From an uncultured Dehalococcoidaceae bacterium (GTDB taxonomy: Bacteria > Chloroflexota > Dehalococcoidia > Dehalococcoidales > RBG-16-60-22): DNA of 64,000 nucleotides. Positions 1-9,101 of the stretch are shown one piece after another; position 1 is the first letter of the stretch, and each line of letters starts with the position of its first letter. Under the pieces are notes generated by a model. It was given only the letters and a program-made list of their open reading frames with translations, was not told the origin of the DNA and searched no databases. Made by a program: the position numbers and the translations under genes. The DNA lies in NCBI GenBank assembly GCA_964558675.1, contig CAZLEY010000007.1, positions 88 through 64,087 on the forward strand. The letters run 5' to 3'.

Positions 1-31
1 AAAAGAGGGGTGTGAAAAGTGCCCCTTTTTT
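1..31 (+). terminator. Putative intrinsic terminator of the gene upstream of the window
   Basis: GAGGGG-tgtgaaaagtg-CCCC stem-loop followed by a T-run. It is a near copy of the hairpin at 525-552. Confidence 0.35.
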
Positions 32-53
32 TAATAATAGGTGGGGGTGTGTT

Positions 54-470
54 ATGAGGTATTGGCTATTATTACTGCTGGTTTTTTGTGTTTTTTCGGG
101 TGGTATTTCTCTGGTATCATGCCAGCCGGGTGGGCCGGAGACCGTACTTTTGCAGGGTGCGGTGACCATCGGCCCTATCTCGCCGGTGGAAAGACTAGGT
201 GAGAACCCCATAGTGCCGCCGGAGGTTTTTTCCGCAAGAAAATTGATAATCTATGATGAGTCCGGTAAGAACCTGGTGCGGGAGGTCTACTTTACCCAGA
301 TAGGCACGGGGGCGACCGGTTATTATACCGCGCAAATAGCGCCGGGTACTTACGTGGTGGATATAAATCACTTGGGCATAGATAGGGCGGCCAACCTGCC
401 GGTAACCATCACCGTGTCCGCTGACGAGACGGTGACGATTGACGTGGATATAGATACGGGGATAAGGTAG
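54..470 (+). CDS. Hypothetical secreted lipoprotein
   Basis: ATG at 54 is preceded by GGTGGGGG. The N-terminus MRYWLLLLLVFCVFSGGISLVSC is a hydrophobic signal with a lipobox-like LVSC. No family was recognised. Confidence 0.5.
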   Translation: MRYWLLLLLVFCVFSGGISLVSCQPGGPETVLLQGAVTIGPISPVERLGENPIVPPEVFSARKLIIYDESGKNLVREVYFTQIGTGATGYYTAQIAPGTYVVDINHLGIDRAANLPVTITVSADETVTIDVDIDTGIR

Positions 471-524
471 AGTCTAAGCGGGCTTGACCTGTTTCAGGGT
501 TGGTATTAGAAAGAAGATACGAGG

Positions 525-552
525 AGAGGCGTGTGAAAGCGCCTCTTTTTTA
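525..552 (+). terminator. Intrinsic terminator after the lipoprotein gene
   Basis: AGAGGCG (525-531) pairs with CGCCTCT (540-546) around an 8-nt loop, followed by TTTTTT. Confidence 0.6.
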
Positions 553-623
553 TTTCCCAAACATTTTTCGTTAGGAATTGAAGGGAATTTTCATCTTGTT
601 GCATGCTTGCCCGACTATACATC

Positions 624-652
624 TTGACAATGCTTGCTCGTGCATGTATAAT
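624..652 (+). promoter_or_regulatory. Consensus sigma-70-type promoter for the P63C gene
   Basis: TTGACA (624-629), a 17-nt spacer and TATAAT (647-652). AGGAGG at 671-676 precedes the ATG at 681/684. Confidence 0.55.
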
Positions 653-680
653 ATTACCAGATACTTTTTGAGGAGGTTTG

Positions 681-1748
681 ATGATGATTCAGGATGATGT
701 AAGTGAACATGCAAGAGCTTTATCAGCAATGGGTGCACGCAAAGGTGGCAAGGCAAGGGCTGCGCGTCTTACAAAAGAGAAGCGTCAGGAGATTGCTAGA
801 CGAGCTGCAGAAACTAGGTGGAGCAGAGAAGAAGAAAGAAACCGAAGCATAATCCCGAAAGCAAGAAAGTTTGTTGGCAAATTAGATTTAGGTGGTTATC
901 AGATATCTTGTGCAGTTTTAGATAACGGAACAAGAGTGCTAGTGGAACGTAGTATGGCAAACGCATTAGGTAGCAAGGGAAGTGGTGCTTATTGGGCGAG
1001 AAAGAGAAAAGGTGAAAAAAAAGATATTTTACCATCATATATTTCGCCTGTGTACCTGAAGGAATACGTAAGTGACGAATTGAAAAAGAGGTTAGAACAA
1101 CCTATTAGATATATAAATCAGAATGGCAGGCTAACAACAGGTGTAGACGCCACTGTATTACCAGAAATATGTGATGTTTGGATAACAGCTAGGGAAAAAG
1201 GCGCATTGAACAACGAACAAGCCAAGACTGCTGAAAGAGCCTATGTGCTAATGAAGGGCTTTGCAACCGTAGGTATCATTGCTCTTGTTGATGAGGTTAC
1301 AGGATACCAAGAAATAAGAGACAGGATTGCTTTACAAGAAATCCTTGATAAATATCTGCTGGACTATAAAGCAGCATGGGCAAAGCGATTTCCCGATGAT
1401 TTTTACAGGGAGTTATTTAGACTTAATAAATGGCCATATAACCCAGGTTCTGTGAAGCGCCCAAGCATTATAGGCACTATGACGAATGATGTGGTCTACT
1501 CTCGACTTGCCCCCGGCATTTTAACGGAATTACGGGCGAGGACTCCTAAAGATGAAAAAGGCAGACGCAAGTTTAGATACCACCAATTATTTACAGAGGA
1601 TATAGGGCATCCTAAACTTCAAGAACACCTATCAAATGTCACTACACTAATGAAAGCATCAACTAGTATGGTTGTATTTCGCAGACTACTCCAAAGAGCT
1701 ATACCTAAATTTGGAGAGAACCTTCAATTTGATATACCAGAGGAGTGA
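681..1748 (+). CDS. P63C-domain protein (phage-associated putative DNA-binding family) with a basic N-terminal GGKARAxxLxxExRxxIAxxAAxxRW motif
   Basis: Motifs GFATVGIIALVDEVTGYQ and FPDDFYRELFRLNKW match my memory of the P63C domain. The gene is visibly AT-richer than its flanks. The tracked ORF starts at TTG 678, but ATG 681/684 is better placed behind AGGAGG. Confidence 0.55.
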   Translation: MMIQDDVSEHARALSAMGARKGGKARAARLTKEKRQEIARRAAETRWSREEERNRSIIPKARKFVGKLDLGGYQISCAVLDNGTRVLVERSMANALGSKGSGAYWARKRKGEKKDILPSYISPVYLKEYVSDELKKRLEQPIRYINQNGRLTTGVDATVLPEICDVWITAREKGALNNEQAKTAERAYVLMKGFATVGIIALVDEVTGYQEIRDRIALQEILDKYLLDYKAAWAKRFPDDFYRELFRLNKWPYNPGSVKRPSIIGTMTNDVVYSRLAPGILTELRARTPKDEKGRRKFRYHQLFTEDIGHPKLQEHLSNVTTLMKASTSMVVFRRLLQRAIPKFGENLQFDIPEE

Positions 1749-1820
1749 ACGTTAGTATCATAGATTGCCTAAATAGATGTTCTAACCAAATGAAAGATGA
1801 GTGAAAGCGGGGAGTAGCCT

Positions 1821-1900
1821 GCGAAGAGGGGCGCCAGCCCCTCTTTCTTTTTCTTCCCCCTCTCCTTTGAAGGAGAGGGGGACACAGGGGGTGAGGTAGA
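1821..1900. repeat. Mosaic intergenic repeat cluster R1 (modules E and D)
   Basis: Hairpin AAGAGGGG-cgccag-CCCCTCTT (1824-1845), then CCCCCTCTCC-tttgaa-GGAGAGGGGGACACAGGGGGTGAGGTAGA (1856-1900). A near-identical pair lies at 32906-32990. Confidence 0.8.
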
Positions 1901-1910
1901 TATATAATCT

Positions 1911-3170
1911 CTACTTACCGGGGGCGGGGTAGGATGCGGGGCGGCGTACCGCCAGGACGAGGGGTATGCCCAGCACAATTGCGATAGCGATGATGATAAA
2001 GGCCCAGTCGTAGCTGCCCGTCTTATCGTAAAAGTATCCGGAGAAAATAGGGGCTGCGGCAGCGCCGATGCTTTGACAGGCATTCAGCACACCGTAGATA
2101 GTGCCGTAAGCGAGCAGGCCGAAATTGGTGCTGGCAAGCAAAGACATGATGGGCATCCAGCCGCCGATACCCAGTCCCAGTATCGAGGTATACAACCATA
2201 TGAGCCAGGCTGGTGAGTTTATCTCAATATTAAGCAGTAATACTATACTGATTGTAAGTAAAATGATACTGATAAGAGCGGCGGATTTCACCCTAATCTT
2301 ATCGCAGAGCCATCCGAAAATGAGCGTACCGATAGTACTCGTTACGGCGACGATGCTCATGGCCGAGGCAACGATGCCGGCAGCGAACCCGAGGTCTTCA
2401 AGGTGCGGAATCTGATTTTGCATGACACCCATGTGGGTGCTTACAAACAATATGGCAACCGCCAGCAGCCAGAAAGCCTGGGTGGCCACTGCGCTCCGGA
2501 ACGTCAGGCCTTCAGCAGCCGGAAGCCCGGCCCCATTTATGCCGTCTATCACCGAAGCATCTCTGCCGTCGGGTAGAAGCCCCATATCAGCGGGGGCGGT
2601 TCTGATTACTAAAGCGCCTAATGGAGTAGCGAGACCCCCGGTAATCACGGCGAAGGTCAGGAAGGTATTGCTCCAGCCAAGATTAGGTAAAAGGTAAATG
2701 ATGACGAGCGGCGTAAAAACCATGCCGGCGGTACCGGCACCCATTGACATTGCGCCTATGGCCATGCCTCTCCGCCGTATGAACCAGTTTGAAATAATGA
2801 GGGTTATAATAACCGGACCCGTGGCGGCAACTCCAAAGCCGATAAGGGCATAGCCTATGTAATACTGCCAGAGGTCGTTCATCTGACTTAACAGGACGTA
2901 GCCGATGCATGATGAAAGAGCGCCCAGGGAAATAACAATTCTTCCCCCGTAGCGGTGAACCAGGCGTCCGGAGAAAGGTGCGCTTATGGCTGTACAGATG
3001 AAGAAGAAGGTGAAAGCGGTCATTATTTCCGTCCGGCTCCAGTCAAGGGACTTCTCAAGGGACGTGACGAAGAAGCTGAAACTGATGGGACCGCATCCCG
3101 CGCTGATAACGTTCAATAGAAAACATGCCGCCAGTACCCAGTATCCATAAAATATCCCTGGTTTCTTCAA
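1911..3170 (-). CDS. MFS transporter (oxalate/formate antiporter-like subfamily)
   Basis: 419 aa and about 12 predicted TM segments. MFS motif GRLVHRYGGR lies after TM2. Confidence 0.8.
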   Translation of the reverse strand: MKKPGIFYGYWVLAACFLLNVISAGCGPISFSFFVTSLEKSLDWSRTEIMTAFTFFFICTAISAPFSGRLVHRYGGRIVISLGALSSCIGYVLLSQMNDLWQYYIGYALIGFGVAATGPVIITLIISNWFIRRRGMAIGAMSMGAGTAGMVFTPLVIIYLLPNLGWSNTFLTFAVITGGLATPLGALVIRTAPADMGLLPDGRDASVIDGINGAGLPAAEGLTFRSAVATQAFWLLAVAILFVSTHMGVMQNQIPHLEDLGFAAGIVASAMSIVAVTSTIGTLIFGWLCDKIRVKSAALISIILLTISIVLLLNIEINSPAWLIWLYTSILGLGIGGWMPIMSLLASTNFGLLAYGTIYGVLNACQSIGAAAAPIFSGYFYDKTGSYDWAFIIIAIAIVLGIPLVLAVRRPASYPAPGK

Positions 3171-3384
3171 TATCTTGAACCTTTCGTGCGGCTTCTCCAG
3201 GTTGCTTGATGAGGTTATATACAGTTTACATTTAAGCGTCGGTAAATGGCAACATAAATCACGTCGTCACGGGGCTTGAATTGTATCTGATTTAGTGCTA
3301 AAGTTTATACGGTGTCCAGAACGCTTTTAGCAAATGAAATAACCAGGAGGTAGCTATCTTCCGGAGATAGCTTTTTTGTTAGCC

Positions 3385-5613
3385 ATGACGGAAAAGATTA
3401 AGCTTAAGATTGACGGTACGGATGTTGAGGTTGAGAAGGGTTCCACCGTACTGCAGGCGGCGAAGGAAGCCGGAATCTATATTCCCACCCTGTGCTATCA
3501 CCCTGATTTATCGGCCTTTGGAGCTTGCCGCCTGTGCATAGTGGAAATTGAAAATATGCGCGGCTTCCCCACATCGTGTACGACGCCGGCTACAGAGGGG
3601 ATGGTGGTAACGACCAACACCCCACAGCTTCAGGAACTGAGGAGGGCCTTCCTCCAGCTTATCCTCACCGAACACCCCAATGCCTGCCTCACCTGCCATC
3701 GAAGGGAGCGCTGCGGGCCTTACGATATCTGCCTGCGCCATGTTGCCGTTACCGAGCGGTGCGTTAGTTGTCCCAACAACAAGCAGTGCGAACTGCAAAA
3801 CCTGGTTGATTATATCGGGATTGAAGACATATCCCTTCCCTATAAGTATAAAGGGCTTCCGGTGGATTTTGGTCGGGAACCCCTCATACAACGCGACTAT
3901 AACCTGTGTATACTGTGCGGACGCTGTGTGCAGATGTGTGCCGATGTCAGGGGTATTGGCGCTGTCAGCTTTATCAACCGTGGTTTTGAGACCGTTGTCG
4001 GCACCGCCTATGACCTGCCGCTCCAGGACTCGGGATGCCGGTTCTGCGGGGCCTGCGTCGAGGTGTGCCCGACCGGCGCCCTGATGGATGTGGGGTCTGA
4101 ATACCAGCCGGAATCGGATGCCGAAGCTCTTTCGGTGCCCTGTAAATACGCCTGTCCGGCGGGCATCAACGTGCCCCTCTATATTTATCTTATCGGCGAG
4201 GGCAAATACCAGGAGGCGCTGGCCATTATCAGGGAGAAGGTACCCTTCCCCGGCGTGCTGGGACGTGTCTGCATTCACCCCTGTGAAGAAGCCTGCCGGC
4301 GTGCCGCGCTCAACGAGCCTATTTCCATCAGATTCATGAAGCGGTTCGTCGCTGACCGTGACAACGGCGAGTGGAAAAAAACAGCCAGGAAATCGCCCTC
4401 TACGGGTAAGAAAGTGGCCATTGTCGGCTCGGGACCGGCGGGACTAACGACCGGCTACTATCTGGCCAAAGCGGGTCATGCGGTTACCGTCTTCGAACAG
4501 TTTTCCAGGGCCGGTGGGATGATGCGTGTCGGCATTCCGGACTATCGTTTGCCGTCGGAAGTGCTGGATAGCGAAATCAACGAAATAGTGAGTGTGGGGG
4601 TTGACATAAAACTGAATACGAAAGTCGATTCCGTTGACTGGCTGTTCGAGCAGGGTTACGACGCCGTTTTCTTGGGGCCGGGGGCGCATAAAGGCATGCC
4701 CCTGGGCGTTGAGGGTGACGACCTTCCTGGCGTCTTTGATGGGGCTTCGTTCTTGAGGGACGCCAACCTCGGTGTAAAGGTAGACTTGGGCAGTAAGGTG
4801 GCTGTTATCGGCGGCGGCAACGTGGCGATAGATAGCGCCCGTGTCGCTCTGCGTCTGGGCGCCAAAGACGTGACCATTGTTTACCGGCGCACCCGCGCCG
4901 AGATGCCGGCAAGTCCGGAGGAGGTAGAGGCGGCTCTGGAGGAGGGAATAAAGATAGAGTTTCTCACGGGGCATCTCAAAGTGAGAGAGGAGGTGGGGCA
5001 CCTGGTCATGACCTGCAATCGCAATGCACTCGGTGAACCCGACGCCAGCGGACGGCGGCGGCCGGTACCGATAAAAGGGAGCGAGTTCGATGCCGATTAT
5101 GACGCCATAATCGGGGCCATCGGGCAGAGGCCGGATATACCGGCTGATTTCAAGGTGAAGACAGGCAGGGGCGATACCATTCAGGCTGACAATGATACCC
5201 TGGCGACAAGCCGGCAGGGCGTGTGGGCGGGTGGCGATGCCGTGACCGGGCCGGATTCTGTCATCAGGGCGATTGCCGCCGGCAGAAAGGCGGCCAGCTC
5301 TATGGATAAGTATCTCGGTGGTGATGGCATCATCGATGAGGAACTTACCCGGGAACGCCGAATAGGCATTTGCGCCGGTATGACAGAACAGGACTTTAAC
5401 GGTATGACCCGTGTTAAGATGCCATGTCTGCCACCGGAAAAGGTAATCGGTAATTTTACCGAGGTAGAGCTTGGGTTGCCCGAAGCCGGGGCTATGGCTG
5501 AGGGCAAGCGTTGCTTCCAGTGCGGCGTCAGGTCGCAAATATCTCCAGCCCCGATGCCACCGGTAAGCAAGAAAAAGACCGGAGAACCGGATAAAATAGA
5601 AGCCGCCGTTTAA
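3385..5613 (+). CDS. Multidomain NAD(P)H oxidoreductase: N-terminal 2Fe-2S and 4Fe-4S (NuoG-like) ferredoxin domains fused to a glutamate-synthase small-subunit (GltD)-like flavoprotein
   Basis: Cys clusters CYHPDLSAFGACRLC, CLTCHRRERC, CILCGRCVQMC and CRFCGACVEVCP. Dinucleotide folds VAIVGSGPAGL and VAVIGGGNVAID. Start is ATG 3385 or TTG 3376. Confidence 0.8.
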   Translation: MTEKIKLKIDGTDVEVEKGSTVLQAAKEAGIYIPTLCYHPDLSAFGACRLCIVEIENMRGFPTSCTTPATEGMVVTTNTPQLQELRRAFLQLILTEHPNACLTCHRRERCGPYDICLRHVAVTERCVSCPNNKQCELQNLVDYIGIEDISLPYKYKGLPVDFGREPLIQRDYNLCILCGRCVQMCADVRGIGAVSFINRGFETVVGTAYDLPLQDSGCRFCGACVEVCPTGALMDVGSEYQPESDAEALSVPCKYACPAGINVPLYIYLIGEGKYQEALAIIREKVPFPGVLGRVCIHPCEEACRRAALNEPISIRFMKRFVADRDNGEWKKTARKSPSTGKKVAIVGSGPAGLTTGYYLAKAGHAVTVFEQFSRAGGMMRVGIPDYRLPSEVLDSEINEIVSVGVDIKLNTKVDSVDWLFEQGYDAVFLGPGAHKGMPLGVEGDDLPGVFDGASFLRDANLGVKVDLGSKVAVIGGGNVAIDSARVALRLGAKDVTIVYRRTRAEMPASPEEVEAALEEGIKIEFLTGHLKVREEVGHLVMTCNRNALGEPDASGRRRPVPIKGSEFDADYDAIIGAIGQRPDIPADFKVKTGRGDTIQADNDTLATSRQGVWAGGDAVTGPDSVIRAIAAGRKAASSMDKYLGGDGIIDEELTRERRIGICAGMTEQDFNGMTRVKMPCLPPEKVIGNFTEVELGLPEAGAMAEGKRCFQCGVRSQISPAPMPPVSKKKTGEPDKIEAAV

Positions 5614-5702
5614 TCTTATATTCAGTATATTATACTACTTCAATTGAACCGTTATTTGCGAGAGAGGATTTTCCCGTTATTTAGACCGGAAGTACAGGTC
5701 AT

Positions 5703-7133
5703 ATGACAAAAGATTCCGGTATTGTTGCCAGCAAGAATGTTATCCTGATAATAGTCACCACTGCGTCTTTCATCATGCCGTTTCTGGTGGCGGCTGTGAA
5801 TCTTGCCCTGCCAACAATGGCCTCTGAATTCGGTATGGAAGCGGTGGTGATGAGCTGGGTAAGCACGGTGTACTTCCTGGCAACAGCCATGATACAGGTT
5901 CCGTGCGGCCGACTGGCGGACATATACGGGCGGAAGAAACTCTTAATGATAGGGCTGGTGATATCTATCTTTTCCTCCTTTCTCGTGGCATTTGCCAGCT
6001 CGGTGCCAATGCTTATTATCAGCCGGGCCCTTCAGGGGGTTGGTGCGGGGATAACGCTTAACAGCGGTATCGCCATTCTGACGACAGTTATTCCGGCCAG
6101 CGAGCGGGGCCAGGCCCTGGGCATAAGCATGGCCGGGACGTACGGCGGGCTGTCAATAGGGCCTTTTATCGGCGGCGTTCTGACGGAGCAATTCGGCTGG
6201 CCGAGCATCTTCTTTCTCAGTGGTATTTTAAGCATCGTATTAACGGTACTGGTTTTATTGGCTTTAAAGGGGGAGTGGGTAGAGGCCAGGGGGGAGAATT
6301 TTGATATTACTGGCTCTATAGCCTTCGGGGTTTCCATTGCTTTATTTATGTACGGCTTCACCGAGTTGCTTAACTTACGGGCTTTTATTATCTCCATAGG
6401 CGGTAATACAGCCTCAATACCTGGGTTGGCCATTTTCCTGCTGGGCGTACTGGGTCTGGCTTTCTTCGTGTGGTGGGAAATGAGGGTATCCAGTCCGGTT
6501 TTCGACCTCAGCCTCTTCAGAAAGAACCGGGTCTTTGTCTTCTCCAATCTGGCGGCGCTGATTACCTACATCGGTACCTTTGCCATGGGTTTTCTCCTGA
6601 GTCTTTATCTTCAATATATTCAGGGGCTGTCTCCGCAGACAGCGGGCCTGGTTCTGGTGGCGCCTTCGATAGTTATGACTATCTTTACGCCGATTTCCGG
6701 CAGGCTTTCCGATAGAATCGAACCGCGACTGGTCGCCTCGGTGGGGATGTCGTTACTCTGTGTGTCGCTTTTTCTGTTTATTTTCCTGGGTAATGAGACG
6801 ACTCTGGGTTATATTATCGTCGGGCTGGTTGCATATGGCACGGGTATGGGGCTTTTCTCTTCGCCGAATTCCAATGCTGTCATGGGCTCCGTGGAGAAAA
6901 AAGTCCTGGGGGTGGCGGCCGGTACACTGGGAACGACACGGACGGCCGGGATGATGCTGAGCATGGCTATTATGATGATGCTGTTCTCGATATATATCGG
7001 TGAGGCCGAGATTACCGTTGAGTACTACCCCGCATTCCTGACAAGCTGCAGGGTGGGCTTTATTATTTTTACCGTTATCTGTCTGGCCGGCGTAATAAGC
7101 CAGATGGCCGGCAGAAGGACAAAGCAGGCATAA
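5703..7133 (+). CDS. MFS transporter, 14-TM drug:H+ antiporter (DHA2/EmrB-like)
   Basis: 476 aa, many TM segments, MFS motif A GRLADIYGRKK. Confidence 0.8.
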   Translation: MTKDSGIVASKNVILIIVTTASFIMPFLVAAVNLALPTMASEFGMEAVVMSWVSTVYFLATAMIQVPCGRLADIYGRKKLLMIGLVISIFSSFLVAFASSVPMLIISRALQGVGAGITLNSGIAILTTVIPASERGQALGISMAGTYGGLSIGPFIGGVLTEQFGWPSIFFLSGILSIVLTVLVLLALKGEWVEARGENFDITGSIAFGVSIALFMYGFTELLNLRAFIISIGGNTASIPGLAIFLLGVLGLAFFVWWEMRVSSPVFDLSLFRKNRVFVFSNLAALITYIGTFAMGFLLSLYLQYIQGLSPQTAGLVLVAPSIVMTIFTPISGRLSDRIEPRLVASVGMSLLCVSLFLFIFLGNETTLGYIIVGLVAYGTGMGLFSSPNSNAVMGSVEKKVLGVAAGTLGTTRTAGMMLSMAIMMMLFSIYIGEAEITVEYYPAFLTSCRVGFIIFTVICLAGVISQMAGRRTKQA

Positions 7134-7264
7134 CGTACCGAATGATATTTCAACAATCGGCTGGATTCTGAACATTTTCGCGTGATATTCTCGTATACCA
7201 ATGCGCTCGACCCTGAATACATGCTAAAATAGCCATATTACTCCACGTTATCTGGGGGAATCCT

Positions 7265-8989
7265 GTGGAAGGTCAGAATATTGGTCTGGACCTGCTTGTT
7301 GTTCTGGTTACGGCAATAGTCGGTGGTATGCTGGCGCGCTGGCTGCGGCTCCCCATTATTCTGGGGTATCTGGTGGGGGGTATTGTCATTGGTCCCTACG
7401 GGTTCGGGCTGGTTCATGATACGGACACGATAGACAGCCTGGCGAGAATAGGCGTTGTTCTTCTCCTTTTTACCATTGGCCTTGAGTTTTCCCTGAGGGA
7501 AATAATGCGGGTGGGCAGGGTGGCTATCGTGGGTGGTATTGCCCAGATATTGCTGACGGCGGCGGCCGGTTACGGACTGGGTATGCTGGTGGGATTAAGC
7601 AGGGTCGGAGCGGTATTTTTCGGCTTTATCATCGCCTTAAGCAGCACTATGGTGGTGCTCAAGATTCTCATGGAGAGAGGGGAGCTTGACACCACGCATG
7701 GCCGTATCATGCTCGGCATACTGCTGGTGCAGGACCTGAGCGTGGTGCCCATAATCATTGTGATGTCGGCTATCGGCGGCGAAGCGGGTGAACTGTGGGT
7801 GTCTCTGGGGTTGGCCGTCCTCAAGGCGGTGCTTTTTATTGGTGTTATGATGGTCCTGGGTGTGTGGGGGATGCCCTGGTTTCTGCGCAAGGTAGCTGGC
7901 CAGCGTTCCCGCGAACTGTTTCTGCTGACGGTGATCGTCGTTTGCCTGGCGGCGGCCTTCGGCATGGATTACTTCGGCCTGTCGGCGGCGTTCGGCGCTT
8001 TTGTGGCTGGACTGCTGATAAGCCAGTCCGGTTTTGCCCGGCAGGCTTTTGCGGATATTATGCCGTTTCGTGATACTTTCGCCGCCCTTTTCTTCGTTTC
8101 TCTGGGTATGCTGGCCAATCTGCAGTTCATAGGCAGCAACCTGTCGACTGTCGCCATTGTGGTTGTGATAATAATAGCAGCCAAATTTATCATCTGCGCT
8201 CTTATTACCAGACTCTTTGGTTTCAGCCATAAGACGATACTGACGGTCGGTACGGGGCTGATACAGATAGGCGAGTTCAGCTTTATTCTGGCCATGATGG
8301 GCGTGGAGTCCGGCATTCTGTCGGAGCGTCTGTACTCTCTGACCGTTGCGGCGGCGATTATCACCATACTGCTGACCCCTTTTGCGCTCACTCTCAATTC
8401 TTACATTTACCGGTGGCTGAGCCAGAGTCGTTGGTTTGCGGAGCAGCTGGCCGGCCGGTTCGACCCGGACTGGGAGGCGCATTCGGGGGAGCTGTCACGG
8501 CACGCCGTAATCTGCGGTTACGGCGCTATCGGCAGTCGGGTGGCGGCAATCCTGGAGATGCAGAAGTTCTCCTATCTGGTTATTGAGCTTGACCCCAAGG
8601 TTATTTCCGGACTCCGCGCCCGGGGAGTCCCCTGTATCTATGGAGATGCCAGTAATCCGGAGATACTTGCCCATGCTTTTCTGGACAAGGCCCGCGTCCT
8701 GATTTGCACCATCCCGGATTATGCCGCCGTGGAGCTTACCGCCAGGAACGCGCTGGCTTTCAATCCCAGGCTGGATATCATCGCCAGGATCTACCGCGAT
8801 AGTGATGCCGAACTGCTTAAGGGTATCGGCGTCACCGAGCTGGTTTTGCCCATGTTTGAAGGCAGCCTGGAGATGATAAGGCATACGCTGCACCGTTTTG
8901 GCGTGAGCGGCACCGAGATACAGTATATACTCAACGGCCTCCGGCAGGGGCGGATAGAAGAACCTCCGGAAGCGGAGGAGCCGCTTTAG
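7265..8989 (+). CDS. Cation:proton antiporter (CPA2/Kef-type) with a C-terminal RCK/TrkA-N domain
   Basis: 574 aa with a GTG start. A polytopic N-terminal region is followed by a Rossmann-like VICGYGAIGSRVA domain. Confidence 0.8.
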   Translation: MEGQNIGLDLLVVLVTAIVGGMLARWLRLPIILGYLVGGIVIGPYGFGLVHDTDTIDSLARIGVVLLLFTIGLEFSLREIMRVGRVAIVGGIAQILLTAAAGYGLGMLVGLSRVGAVFFGFIIALSSTMVVLKILMERGELDTTHGRIMLGILLVQDLSVVPIIIVMSAIGGEAGELWVSLGLAVLKAVLFIGVMMVLGVWGMPWFLRKVAGQRSRELFLLTVIVVCLAAAFGMDYFGLSAAFGAFVAGLLISQSGFARQAFADIMPFRDTFAALFFVSLGMLANLQFIGSNLSTVAIVVVIIIAAKFIICALITRLFGFSHKTILTVGTGLIQIGEFSFILAMMGVESGILSERLYSLTVAAAIITILLTPFALTLNSYIYRWLSQSRWFAEQLAGRFDPDWEAHSGELSRHAVICGYGAIGSRVAAILEMQKFSYLVIELDPKVISGLRARGVPCIYGDASNPEILAHAFLDKARVLICTIPDYAAVELTARNALAFNPRLDIIARIYRDSDAELLKGIGVTELVLPMFEGSLEMIRHTLHRFGVSGTEIQYILNGLRQGRIEEPPEAEEPL

Positions 8990-8992
8990 ATA

Positions 8993-9075
8993 GCCCCACC
9001 CCTTATCCCCCCGCCCTTCCTGTCATTCTCGCGAAAGCGGGAATCCAGATTATACCCCACCCCCTCTTAAACGCC
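8993..9075. repeat. Mosaic intergenic repeat cluster R2
   Basis: C/T-rich CCCCACCCCTTATCCCCCCGCCC, then hairpin module GTCATTCTCGCGAAAGCGGGAATCCAG (9023-9049). Compare 42809-42836. Confidence 0.7.
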
Positions 9076-9101
9076 CTTTTCAAGTATCCATGATTCGCGA
9101 G

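Noticed and set aside
1769-2083. 104-aa minus-strand ORF with a P/S-rich sequence.
   Set aside because: It reads through repeat modules D and E and then overlaps the 3' end of the MFS gene in another frame. It is a repeat-generated artefact.
3508-5570. Long antisense or alternate-frame ORFs inside the GltD-fusion gene (3508-4278, 4444-5538, 5181-5570 and others).
   Set aside because: These are typical shadow ORFs of a GC-rich coding region. The plus-frame product has complete, ordered Fe-S and flavin motifs.
7570-8893. Antisense ORFs within the Kef-type antiporter gene (7637-8482 at 281 aa, and others).
   Set aside because: They are shadow ORFs with R/Q/H-rich nonsense composition. The sense frame encodes a coherent polytopic transporter plus an RCK domain.
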